Of a stretch of 46,498 nt of DNA, positions 1 through 8,858 are shown in pieces. The notes beneath the pieces were generated by a model that saw only the letters and a program-made list of their open reading frames with translations, did not search any database and was not told the DNA's origin. The DNA is from Anaerolineae bacterium. Its GTDB lineage: Bacteria; Chloroflexota; Anaerolineae; Epilineales; Epilineaceae. Every line of letters begins with the position of its first letter. The stretch's first letter is position 1. A program made the translations under genes and the position numbers. The DNA is taken from assembly GCA_029262755.1 (NCBI GenBank), contig JAJCYU010000105.1:1-46498 (forward strand), read 5' to 3'.

Positions 1-117
1 CACACCGCCGGCCACGGCCGCGGCCGTGCCGGTCTCGACGCTTTCCTTGTGCGCGCCACCGGGATTACGCAGGTGGACGTGCACATCGATCAACCCGGGC
101 AACGTATGACGGCTCAC
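1..117 (-). CDS. pyrC: Dihydroorotase / cyclic amidohydrolase, N-terminal part (runs off window start)
   Basis: Manual translation from GTG at 117 gives [39 protein letters not shown], the PGxIDxHxHxRxPG...KE..xTGTxAAxAGG amidohydrolase motif. GGAG RBS upstream. Not in the ORF track. Confidence 0.8.
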   Translation of the reverse strand, partial: MSRHTLPGLIDVHVHLRNPGGAHKESVETGTAAAVAGGV

Positions 118-131
118 GCTCTGATCTCCCG

Positions 132-167
132 GCAACAAAACACGCCAGGGGCTCGCGGTCCCTGGCG
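132..167 (-). terminator. Terminator-like hairpin in the pyrC leader (attenuator candidate)
   Basis: Minus strand reads CGCCAGGG-accgcgagc-CCCTGGCG followed by TGTTTTGTT, just upstream of the pyrC RBS. Confidence 0.6.
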
Positions 168-371
168 CCGATGCTCCGCGGCGCACGCTTGGCGCGTCAC
201 GGCGCCTCGTCGTCGCTCAGTCATTTCGAGGCGGGATTCTAGCACGACCGCCCCGCACCGACCAGGATCCGCGACGCCCGGGCGGTCGCTGCGGGGCGGA
301 TCGAGGTAGGTGCGGGGGGCGGGGCCGAAGTGGATGCAGCGTGGATGCGATCTCGTGCGAACGACGCGATC

Positions 372-599
372 TTACTCGCCTGGTTCGTCCGTGAACCGGT
401 CGGCCAGGCGACCGATCCAGATCGTGACCACGACGGCGATCACGGTCACGAGGATCGCGTACAGCCACGGCCCACCAGAGTTCAGCGGCGCTTGCTCGGC
501 GAACCAATTCTGGATGGCCTCGTTCCAGGCCAACGCGGCCACGAGGCCGAATGCGGCGGTGACGAGATCCGAGATCTTGTTGATGACTTCCTTACCCAT
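372..599 (-). CDS. Small membrane protein, DUF5654-like
   Basis: 75 aa with two TM segments, motif AAFGLVAALAWNEAI and GGAG RBS. Confidence 0.8.
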   Translation of the reverse strand: MGKEVINKISDLVTAAFGLVAALAWNEAIQNWFAEQAPLNSGGPWLYAILVTVIAVVVTIWIGRLADRFTDEPGE

Positions 600-785
600 G
601 ACACGTTCTCCGTGGAGATGCGCGGTGCGAAGATGCGCAGTGTCCGGACGCCCGTCGACGACCGGTAGCCGCCACGGTAGCGGGGGCGGTGAGCGACCGT
701 CAACGGAATCGGGTATCGAGTTGGGTTTCGATCGCGCGGAGTCGTGTGATCGAAGGCTGCGTCGTAATCGCCTCGTCCCCGCCCG

Positions 786-3290
786 CTACCACCCGTCCTG
801 TTCGACCCGCGGCTCCACCTCGCCCGACGGTGGTCGGCCGCCCCAGCGGCCCTTGCGCAGCGGTTGGCCGGGGTCGCGCGTCGCGCCCCAATCGCCGAAG
901 CGGCCGGGGAACGGTGCGCGGCGAGGCGGGGCGGGCGGGGGCGCGACGGGGCCGGCCCACGTGGCGCGGTCCGCCCACGCGGTGCGGCGCGCGTCGCGGC
1001 GTGCTACATCCTCGCGCGCGATCGCCAGCGCGTCCGCCGCGATGCGCGCCACGCGCTCCCATGCCTCGATGCCCTCGGCGCCGCCGGCGCGTAGGGCCTG
1101 GCGCGCGGCCCAGCGGGCGGTGCGCGCTTCGTCCAAGCGGGTGGCGGCGCGTCGGCCGAGGTCGGCGGCGTGGACGTCCTGGTAGCGCGCGGCGTGCTCG
1201 ACCGTGGCCTCGGCCCAGCGGCGCAGCGAGCGCAGCCGGCGTCGCCGCAGCCCGTGCACGTCCCGGCCCGGCAACGCGTCCAGCGCGCGGTCCGCTTCGC
1301 GCAGCGCGGCGCGTGCGAGCACAGGATCGGGTTGCGCGGCGCCGAGCGCGGCGCGCGCCTCGTCGCGCAACGCAGCGGCGCGGCGTCCGGGCTCGCTCTC
1401 CGCACCGCCCAAGATCCCGAGCTGCGCATCAAGCCCCGTGATCTCCGACTCTGACTCGCGCGCCAGGTGGGCGAGCAAGGCCGCGCGGGCCACGAGACCG
1501 CTAGCCAAGGCTCGCGCCCGATCGATCTCCCGCGTCGCGCGACCCAAGTGCAGCGCCGCGACCAGCGCCGGATCGGACGCTCGGCTCTGTGCACCGGTTT
1601 GTGCGCCGGTCCGAGTACCCGACGGTGTGCCGGCCTGTGCACCGTCCTGTACGCCGTCGCCTGCGCTTGCGCGTGCGCCTTCCCGTGCCCCGTCCTGTGC
1701 ACCGAGCAGCGCGCGTAGCATCGCGGCTGCCAGCGCTAGGCTTGCCTCGGCCTCGCTGCCGTCGCCCACGACATCGGACCAGGTTGCGTCCGCGTACGGG
1801 GCGATCTCGCGGAACGCGGCGACCGCGGCGTCGAGACGATCGTCCGCCGTACGCAATGCCGTCGCGGCGCGCGCGATGCGGCGGGCGATGTCGGAGGCGT
1901 CCTCGGCGTGGCGCGCCGCGGGCAGCAGCGCCTCGTCGACCAACGTGTCGGCACGGCCCCACAGGCGCTCGGGGAGGGCGAAGGCCTCGTCGGCGGAGGG
2001 CAGCGCGAGGGCCGCGCGCCCGGCCAATGCGGGCAACGCGCGCTCGTAGGCCGCGCGTTCCGCGGCGATGGCGCCCGAGGCCGCCGCGACGCGTTCTTCC
2101 GCTTCCTCTTCGAGTTCCTTGGCGTGCTCGGATTCCCGGTCCAGCTGTTCGACGTAGGCGTGCAGCGCCTCGGCCTCCGCCAACAGCTCTTCCAGGCGAC
2201 CCGCGCTGTCGCGGCCATCGTCCTGGGTGGCCAGGGCGGTCGGCGCTTGCGCGCGGGCCTCGAGGCGTCGCCGCAGCTCTCGGAAGCGCTCGACCATGCC
2301 CTGGTGGCGGCGATCGAGCTCCAACAGCGTGTCGCCGCCCAGCGACTCCACACGGCTCATCAAGGTGGTGAGCGCGGGACTGTCGCCGACGAGCCGGCCG
2401 TCCAGAGCCTCGACGCGCGCGCTCACCCGCCGCACCGTGACCGGCTCCGGCGTGGCCCCGCCCGCGGCGGGCGCGGTGCGGCGATCGCCGGCGCGGCTCC
2501 AGGCCCAGAGGGCGAGCAGGGCCGCGCCGAGGCCGAGCGCCAAGAGCCTACCCGGCAGGCCGTCCGTCTCGGCAAGGTCGGGCCCGGATGGCGCCGGCGT
2601 CGCGGCCGCCATCGCGGCGGGCACGTAGCCGCCGCGGCCGGGCGGGGCGTTGGACAGGTCGTCGGCCACCGCGTCCAGACCGGCCTCGATCGCCGCACCG
2701 ACATCTCCGCCGACGACCAGCGGCGCCACAGCGCGCTCGACGCGGATGGGGTCCAAGAAGCCGCCGTAGGCGTTGCCCACCGCGTAGCTGAAGCCGGCAT
2801 GGCCCAGGTCAAGGCAGAGGAAGAAGGCCACGGCATCGTCCACCATCTCGCCCGGCCGCGGGGCAAGGCCGTAGTGCACCAGCGCGCCGTCGTAGTAGGG
2901 ATCCGGCGCCGGCCGGCAGTCGTCCACGATGATCACGATGCCTTCGAGCGCGTAACGTTCCCCTATGCGCTCGGCGAAGTCGCGCGTCAGCTGCGCGCTC
3001 TCGTCCACGCCGAGGCTGCCGGATCCGTCCGCCACGAAGCCTCGCCGCGGCGGGTAGGGCGATTGGGCGTGGACGGTGGGCGCGAACACGGCGGAACCGA
3101 GCGCGGCGGCCAGGACGGCGAGCGTGATGAGCACGGACGGCACGCGGGCCGGCGCTCGGCGAGCCCGGCCGGACGTCGCCGTCAGGCGCAACGAACGCGC
3201 GGCGGCGCGGGTCGCGCGCCGCCGCGTACAATTCGGGCGTGGGGATGGTGCGAGATAATCGTCCATGGATACGGTCGGCGAGCGTAGCAT
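786..3290 (-). CDS. TPM-domain membrane protein with long Ala-rich coiled-coil cytoplasmic region (true start probably ~3140-3270)
   Basis: Signal-like segment (VLITLAVLAAALG...VHAQ), TPM-like region (FVADGSGSLG...IVIIV...GDVGAAIEAGL), one TM, long helical region and Gly-rich tail ending DGW. Confidence 0.65.
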   Translation of the reverse strand: MLRSPTVSMDDYLAPSPRPNCTRRRATRAAARSLRLTATSGRARRAPARVPSVLITLAVLAAALGSAVFAPTVHAQSPYPPRRGFVADGSGSLGVDESAQLTRDFAERIGERYALEGIVIIVDDCRPAPDPYYDGALVHYGLAPRPGEMVDDAVAFFLCLDLGHAGFSYAVGNAYGGFLDPIRVERAVAPLVVGGDVGAAIEAGLDAVADDLSNAPPGRGGYVPAAMAAATPAPSGPDLAETDGLPGRLLALGLGAALLALWAWSRAGDRRTAPAAGGATPEPVTVRRVSARVEALDGRLVGDSPALTTLMSRVESLGGDTLLELDRRHQGMVERFRELRRRLEARAQAPTALATQDDGRDSAGRLEELLAEAEALHAYVEQLDRESEHAKELEEEAEERVAAASGAIAAERAAYERALPALAGRAALALPSADEAFALPERLWGRADTLVDEALLPAARHAEDASDIARRIARAATALRTADDRLDAAVAAFREIAPYADATWSDVVGDGSEAEASLALAAAMLRALLGAQDGAREGARASAGDGVQDGAQAGTPSGTRTGAQTGAQSRASDPALVAALHLGRATREIDRARALASGLVARAALLAHLARESESEITGLDAQLGILGGAESEPGRRAAALRDEARAALGAAQPDPVLARAALREADRALDALPGRDVHGLRRRRLRSLRRWAEATVEHAARYQDVHAADLGRRAATRLDEARTARWAARQALRAGGAEGIEAWERVARIAADALAIAREDVARRDARRTAWADRATWAGPVAPPPAPPRRAPFPGRFGDWGATRDPGQPLRKGRWGGRPPSGEVEPRVEQDGW

Positions 3291-3427
3291 TCCGGCCCAA
3301 GGGGCGCAACAGATCCGCAGGCTCGCGACCCGATTCCTCTGTTGGTGCCTTGAGGGCGTTCCGCTACCGTTGAAGGTTCCGTGTCAATCGTTGTCATCCC
3401 CGACAGCGTTCCCCTGGAGTTCCCCGC

Positions 3428-5368
3428 ATGCCCGAGTGGTTGGTCCTCCTAGGCCGTCTGATCGGCTACTTGGCGCCCTATCGAGCCCGGGTCGTGCTGG
3501 CCTATAGCGCGATGCTTTGCGTGACGCTCCTGACGCTCATCGTGCCGGCCGTTCTGGCGTGGGTGGTCGACGTGGCCCTCTCCGACGCGCCGGCATCGGC
3601 TATCGGCCCGCCGGCGTGGCTGCCGGGTTCGGAGGCGATCCAGACATGGGCGATCGGCACGGGCAGCGAGCTGCTGCTGTGGGCGGCGGGCGGTTTGCTT
3701 GCGCTGGCGGCCCTGCGCGGCGTCTTTTCCTTCGTACAACTCTACGTGGGCGTGTGGCTCAGCCAACAGGTGGCCTTCGACCTGCGCGGCGCCTACTTCG
3801 ACGCCGTAGAGAACCAGGCCTTCTCCTTCCACGACCGGACCCAGACCGGCGACCTCATGGCGCGCGCCGTAGGTGACATCTCCAAGGCCCAGGCCTTCGT
3901 CGGCGAGGGACTGCTGGAGGCGATCAACACGCCGCTGCTCTTCTTGGGCACCATCGCGGTGTTGTTCTCGATCGCGCCGCCGCTGGCCGCCGTGACGGCG
4001 GTGCCGCTGCTGGTGCTTGTATGGGTCACCATCCGCTTCGGTCGCATCATCGAGCCGCGATTCAAGGCGGTGCAGGACCAGGAGGGCGTGATCAGCACCC
4101 GCGCCCAGGAGAACTTCACGGGTGCGCGCGTGGTGAAGGCCTTTGCACGCGAGCCGCACGAGATCGAGCGCTTCGACGAGGAGAACGAGATCTTCCTCGA
4201 TCGGCGCATCGAGGTCATCGCCGGCTTCGCGGAGTTCTTCCCGACCATGACCGCCATCGTGACGGCCGCTATCGCGGTCGTGCTGTGGGTGGGCGGCGGC
4301 ATGGTCCTGCGCGGCGAAATGACAATCGGCACGTTGGTCGGCTTCAACTTCTGGGTGCTGATGCTCGCGCAGCCTACGCAGAACCTCGGCTTCCTGGTCA
4401 ACCGCGGCGCCGAGGCGATCGCGGCGGCGCGCCGTCTGTTCGAAATCCTGGATGCACCGCGTCCCATCCGCCCGCCAACCGACCCCATCGCGCTGCCCAC
4501 CATCGAGGGCCGGGTGCGCTTCGACAACGTCACCTTCGGCTACGACACGGCGCGGCCGGTGCTGCATGACATCGACCTCACGGTGGGACCGAACCAGGTC
4601 GTCGCGCTCTTCGGCGCGACGGGCAGCGGCAAGACGAGCCTGGTGTCGCTGATCGCGCGCTTCTACGACGTCACGGAAGGCGCGGTGAGCGTGGACGACG
4701 TCGACGTACGCCGCCTCGAGCTACCCGCCCTGCGGCGGCGCATCGGCTTCGTGCGTCAGGACGCCTTCCTCTTTTCGTCTTCGATCCGCGACAACATCGC
4801 CTACGGCCTGGCCGGCCGACCCTCGTCGGCGTCGGACGGCACGGGCACCAACGAAACGGCCATGCCGGTCGACGAAGAGCTGCTCGTCGCCGCGGCTAAA
4901 GCCGCCCAGGCACACGCGTTCATCACGGCGCTGCCCGCCGGCTACGACACGCTCGTGGGCGAGCGCGGCGTGACGCTCTCCGGCGGCCAGCGCCAACGCA
5001 TCGCGATCGCGCGCGCGCTCGTCACACGTCCGCGCATCCTCGTGCTCGACGACGCGTTGAGCGCGGTCGACACGGAGACGGAGTCGCGCATCCAGGAGGC
5101 GTTGGTCGAATGGATGCGCGGACGCACCACGTTCGTCATCGCCCAGCGGTTGCTGAGCCTGCAGCATGCCGACCTGGTCGTCGTGCTCGACGAGGGTCGC
5201 ATCGTGGAACGCGGCTCCCACGACGAGCTCGTGCAGGCGGGCGGACGCTACCAGCGCGTCTACGAGCTCCAGCTGCAGGAACAGGTGGAGGCCTCGGACG
5301 CAGCGCGTGATTCCGCGGACGACGCACCGGAGCGCGCGGACGCAGCGCGCGATGGAGGCGGCACATGA
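3428..5368 (+). CDS. ABC exporter, fused permease/ATP-binding subunit 1
   Basis: TM domain plus Walker A GATGSGKT, signature LSGGQRQR and Walker B ILVLDD (non-canonical Asp). Confidence 0.95.
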   Translation: MPEWLVLLGRLIGYLAPYRARVVLAYSAMLCVTLLTLIVPAVLAWVVDVALSDAPASAIGPPAWLPGSEAIQTWAIGTGSELLLWAAGGLLALAALRGVFSFVQLYVGVWLSQQVAFDLRGAYFDAVENQAFSFHDRTQTGDLMARAVGDISKAQAFVGEGLLEAINTPLLFLGTIAVLFSIAPPLAAVTAVPLLVLVWVTIRFGRIIEPRFKAVQDQEGVISTRAQENFTGARVVKAFAREPHEIERFDEENEIFLDRRIEVIAGFAEFFPTMTAIVTAAIAVVLWVGGGMVLRGEMTIGTLVGFNFWVLMLAQPTQNLGFLVNRGAEAIAAARRLFEILDAPRPIRPPTDPIALPTIEGRVRFDNVTFGYDTARPVLHDIDLTVGPNQVVALFGATGSGKTSLVSLIARFYDVTEGAVSVDDVDVRRLELPALRRRIGFVRQDAFLFSSSIRDNIAYGLAGRPSSASDGTGTNETAMPVDEELLVAAAKAAQAHAFITALPAGYDTLVGERGVTLSGGQRQRIAIARALVTRPRILVLDDALSAVDTETESRIQEALVEWMRGRTTFVIAQRLLSLQHADLVVVLDEGRIVERGSHDELVQAGGRYQRVYELQLQEQVEASDAARDSADDAPERADAARDGGGT

Positions 5369-7278
5369 GCGAGCGCACCAACCATCCAAGCGAGCGCTCC
5401 CGCGAGCGCGCGCCCGACCTCGACGAGATATTCGGCAGCGAGCAGGCCACCGACCGCTTCGCGACCCGCGTCGAGCGCGGCGTGCTCGTGCGGCTGCTGT
5501 CCTACATGGGCCCCTACAAGAGCCAGATGTGGCGCGCGCTGGCGCTCATGGCGCTCACGAGCGCGATGGCGGTTGCGGCGCCCAACATCGTGGGCGAGGT
5601 GGTGGACGTGGTGGCCGACGGCGTCCGCAGCGGCGACGTAGCAGGCGCATCGCGGCGCATGGGCCTGTGGCTCGCGGCGCTGCTGGCATCGATCGGCATC
5701 GGCTGGGCCAGCAATCGCGCGCGGCTGCACATCCTGGCCGAGATGGGCACGCGCGTGATCGTCGACGTACGCAGCGAGCTCTTCGCGCACCTGCAGCACT
5801 TATCCATGCGCTTCTACGACACCTACAAGGTCGGCCGCCTGATCAGCCGCATCATGGGCGATGTCTTCGTGCTGCAGAACTTCGTGACCTGGGCCATCGT
5901 GGGCACGGCCCGCAGCGTCTTCACGCTCTTGTTCATCGTCATCACGCTCCTATGGCGCGACGCCCAGCTCGCAGCGCTGGTGCTGCTCGTGCTGCCCGTC
6001 ATGGGAATCGCGACCCGCCTGTGGAGCCGCAAGGCGCGCGAAGCCTGGCGCGAGGTTCGGCGCCGGATCTCGGTGCTCAACGGCTACCTCAACGAGAACG
6101 TGAGCGGCGTTCGCGAGGCGCAGGCCTTCGCGCGTGAGATCGCCAACGCCCGGACCTTCGCCGGCCTGAACGGCGCCCACCGCAACGCCAACCTCGACGC
6201 GGCGCGTCTGTCGGCGGTCTTCTTCCCGGCCGTGGATTGGCTCGGCACCTTCGGGATGTCGATCGTGGTGGCCTACGGCGCCTTCGCGCCGGGCGCGGAC
6301 GTATCGGCCGGCGACCTCACGGCCTTTGCGCTCCTGGTCGATCGCTTCTTCAACCCGATCCGCGAGCTGGCCCGCCGCTACAACCAGCTGTTGGCCACCA
6401 CCGCCGCCAGCGAGCGCATCTTCGAGCTGCTCGACCTCGCGCCGGACCTGGACGACGCGGTGGACGCAGAGACCGCGCCGCGCTTCGCGGGCCACGTCCG
6501 GCTGGACGACGTGACCTTCGGCTACGGCGAAGAGCCCGTGCTGCGCGACGTAAACCTCGACGTACCGGCCGGCTCTACGGTCGCGCTCGTCGGTCCGACC
6601 GGCGCAGGCAAGAGCAGCATCATCAACCTCGTGGCGCGCTTCTACGATGTCGACGAGGGCGCGGTCACCATCGACGGCTACGACGTGCGCGACCTCACGC
6701 TCGATAGCCTCCGCGCCCAGATGGGCATCGTCCTGCAAGAGACCTTCCTCTTCGGCGGCTCGATCGCGGACAACATCCGCTACGGGCGGCTGGCGGCCAC
6801 GGACGACGAGGTGGCGGCGGCGGCGCGCGCGGTGGGCGCGGCCCATTTCATCGACGCGCTGCCCGAAGGCTACGACGCGCCGGTCGGCGAGCGGGGCGTT
6901 AACCTGTCGAGCGGGCAGCGCCAGCTCGTGGCCTTCGCCCGTGCGTTGCTGGCCGATCCGCGCATCCTCATCCTCGACGAGGCCACCGCCAGCGTCGACA
7001 CGGAGACCGAGGGCGTGATCCAAGCGGCCTTGGAACTGTTACTGAAGGACCGGACGGCTTTCGTGATCGCGCACCGCCTAAACACGGTCCGATCGGCGGA
7101 TCTGATCGCGGTCGTCGATGACGGCCGCATCGTCGAACGGGGCTCGCACGACGAGCTGATCGCGGCCGGCGGTGCATACCACGACCTCTACACGCTGCAG
7201 TGGCGTAACGCACCGGCGTCGGTCGAAGACAGTGGCAAAGGTAGTCGCGAAGGCATCTCGGTGACTGCATCAAGCTGA
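5365..7278 (+). CDS. ABC exporter, fused permease/ATP-binding subunit 2 (heterodimer partner)
   Basis: ATGA overlap with the previous gene. GPTGAGKS, LSSGQRQL, ILILDEAT and IAHRL give the degenerate/consensus pairing typical of heterodimeric exporters. Confidence 0.95.
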   Translation: MSERTNHPSERSRERAPDLDEIFGSEQATDRFATRVERGVLVRLLSYMGPYKSQMWRALALMALTSAMAVAAPNIVGEVVDVVADGVRSGDVAGASRRMGLWLAALLASIGIGWASNRARLHILAEMGTRVIVDVRSELFAHLQHLSMRFYDTYKVGRLISRIMGDVFVLQNFVTWAIVGTARSVFTLLFIVITLLWRDAQLAALVLLVLPVMGIATRLWSRKAREAWREVRRRISVLNGYLNENVSGVREAQAFAREIANARTFAGLNGAHRNANLDAARLSAVFFPAVDWLGTFGMSIVVAYGAFAPGADVSAGDLTAFALLVDRFFNPIRELARRYNQLLATTAASERIFELLDLAPDLDDAVDAETAPRFAGHVRLDDVTFGYGEEPVLRDVNLDVPAGSTVALVGPTGAGKSSIINLVARFYDVDEGAVTIDGYDVRDLTLDSLRAQMGIVLQETFLFGGSIADNIRYGRLAATDDEVAAAARAVGAAHFIDALPEGYDAPVGERGVNLSSGQRQLVAFARALLADPRILILDEATASVDTETEGVIQAALELLLKDRTAFVIAHRLNTVRSADLIAVVDDGRIVERGSHDELIAAGGAYHDLYTLQWRNAPASVEDSGKGSREGISVTASS

Positions 7279-7364
7279 CGTCGAATTCAATGGCTGGAGC
7301 ACTCGACGGCAACCGCACGACGTACTGTATGTGCCCGTAACACAAGTGAAACGTCGCCGGAGCC

Positions 7365-7394
7365 TTTACAAGGGTAGGCTTCTTAAGCTAGTAT
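7365..7394 (+). promoter_or_regulatory. Putative sigma70 promoter of the RpoD-family gene
   Basis: TTTACA-N18-TAGTAT in an AT-richer intergenic region. Confidence 0.5.
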
Positions 7395-7545
7395 ATGCCG
7401 GTTGGCAACGTAAGGATTTTTGCTCACGCACGTCGTAGAAAGTGCCGGGGTCGAGTCCCAAGGCTGCATCGGACCCGGCATCGGCGTTTTTGTTTCATGT
7501 CCGTCCTCGGGCGGCACTCTCGTGGACGGGATCAGCTAGGGGCGG

Positions 7546-8703
7546 ATGGCGATGATTTGGAAAGAACTTAAGAAGACTGCGGCGACCCAGGTCCTGGAGG
7601 ATCTTTTTCGACGCGCGGAAGACCAGAACAACGGCCTGACCACGGCTGACATTCTCGAGATCTGGCCCCAGGCGGGCGACGATATCGAGACCGTCATCGA
7701 GTTTCTCGAAGAGAAGGGCATCGAGATCGATCACGGGATCAAGCCGCAGGCGAACTATACGCCGGCCAACACGGCCGATTTCGAAGGCATCGATTCCGAC
7801 GACTCGATCAGCCTCTACTTCCGCGAGGTCGGCACCATCGACTTGCTGGACGCGGCGAAGGAGATCGAGCTGGCCAAGCGCATCGAGGCCGGTCGCGAAG
7901 CACAGATGGTCCTCGATGATGAAGAGACCGAGCTCAACCGCAAGACCCGCACACGCCTGACCGGCGTCATGCGCGACGGCGAGCAGGCCAAGCGCGAGCT
8001 CACGCAGGCCAACAGCCGCCTGGTCATCAGCATGGCCAAGCGCTACTTGGGCCAGGGCGTGCCTTTCCTGGACCTGATTCAGGAAGGCAACCTCGGGCTG
8101 ATGCGCGCCGTCGAGAAGTTCGACTGGCGTCGCGGTAACAAGTTCTCGACCTACGCCACCTGGTGGATTCGCCAGTCGCTCACCCGCGGCCTGGCCGACC
8201 AGGGGCGCACGATCCGCGTGCCCGTGCACATGAACGACCGCATCCGTAAGGTCTACGCGGTCGCCCATGCGCTCGAGACGCACCTCGGCCGGCGCCCGAC
8301 GCCGGAAGAGATCGCGCGTGAGCTGGAGATGGAGGTCGAGAAGGTCGAGCTGGCGCTCAAGGCCAGCCGCCGCAGCATCAGCCTCGAGAAGCCCGTCGGC
8401 CATGAAGGCGAGAGCGAGCTCGGTCAGTTCATCGAGGACGAGACGAGCGAGGATCCCCTCGAGAGCGCCTCGCTCGATCTGCTGCGCGGCGATGTCGAGG
8501 ACGTCCTGCAGGGCCTTACCGCCCGCGAGCAGCGTGTCCTAGAGCTACGTTACGGCCTACGCGGCCACCGCGCGTACACCCTCAAAGAGGTCGGCAAGAT
8601 CTTCGGGCTGACGCGCGAGCGGGTCCGCCAGATCGAGAAGGAGGCGCTGCGCAAGCTGCGCCACCCGAACCGCGCCCGCATGCTCAAGGCGTACTTGAAC
8701 TAG
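7546..8703 (+). CDS. rpoD: RNA polymerase sigma-70 factor, RpoD/SigA family
   Basis: Region 1.2 DSISLYFREVG, region 2 DLIQEGNLGLMRAVEKFD..RGNKFSTYATWWIRQ, region 4 TLKEVGKIFGLTRERVRQIE. May be a secondary paralog rather than the primary sigma. Confidence 0.9.
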   Translation: MAMIWKELKKTAATQVLEDLFRRAEDQNNGLTTADILEIWPQAGDDIETVIEFLEEKGIEIDHGIKPQANYTPANTADFEGIDSDDSISLYFREVGTIDLLDAAKEIELAKRIEAGREAQMVLDDEETELNRKTRTRLTGVMRDGEQAKRELTQANSRLVISMAKRYLGQGVPFLDLIQEGNLGLMRAVEKFDWRRGNKFSTYATWWIRQSLTRGLADQGRTIRVPVHMNDRIRKVYAVAHALETHLGRRPTPEEIARELEMEVEKVELALKASRRSISLEKPVGHEGESELGQFIEDETSEDPLESASLDLLRGDVEDVLQGLTAREQRVLELRYGLRGHRAYTLKEVGKIFGLTRERVRQIEKEALRKLRHPNRARMLKAYLN

Positions 8704-8745
8704 AGCTCGCGGTCGAGAGATCGATGAGGCAGTTAGCGAAGATTC

Positions 8746-8777
8746 ACGAGGCGGGGCTCCCAGGAGCTCCGCCTCGT
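8746..8777. terminator. Hairpin between the convergent sigma factor and P450 genes
   Basis: ACGAGGCGGGGCTCC-ca-GGAGCTCCGCCTCGT inverted repeat. Confidence 0.6.
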
Positions 8778-8858
8778 TCGTTGTCGGCGCGGGGTCGGCG
8801 GGACCGCTGCGTCCCGTCAACTCGGCTGTGTCCCGGAAATCGCCCTTCGCACGCCTTG

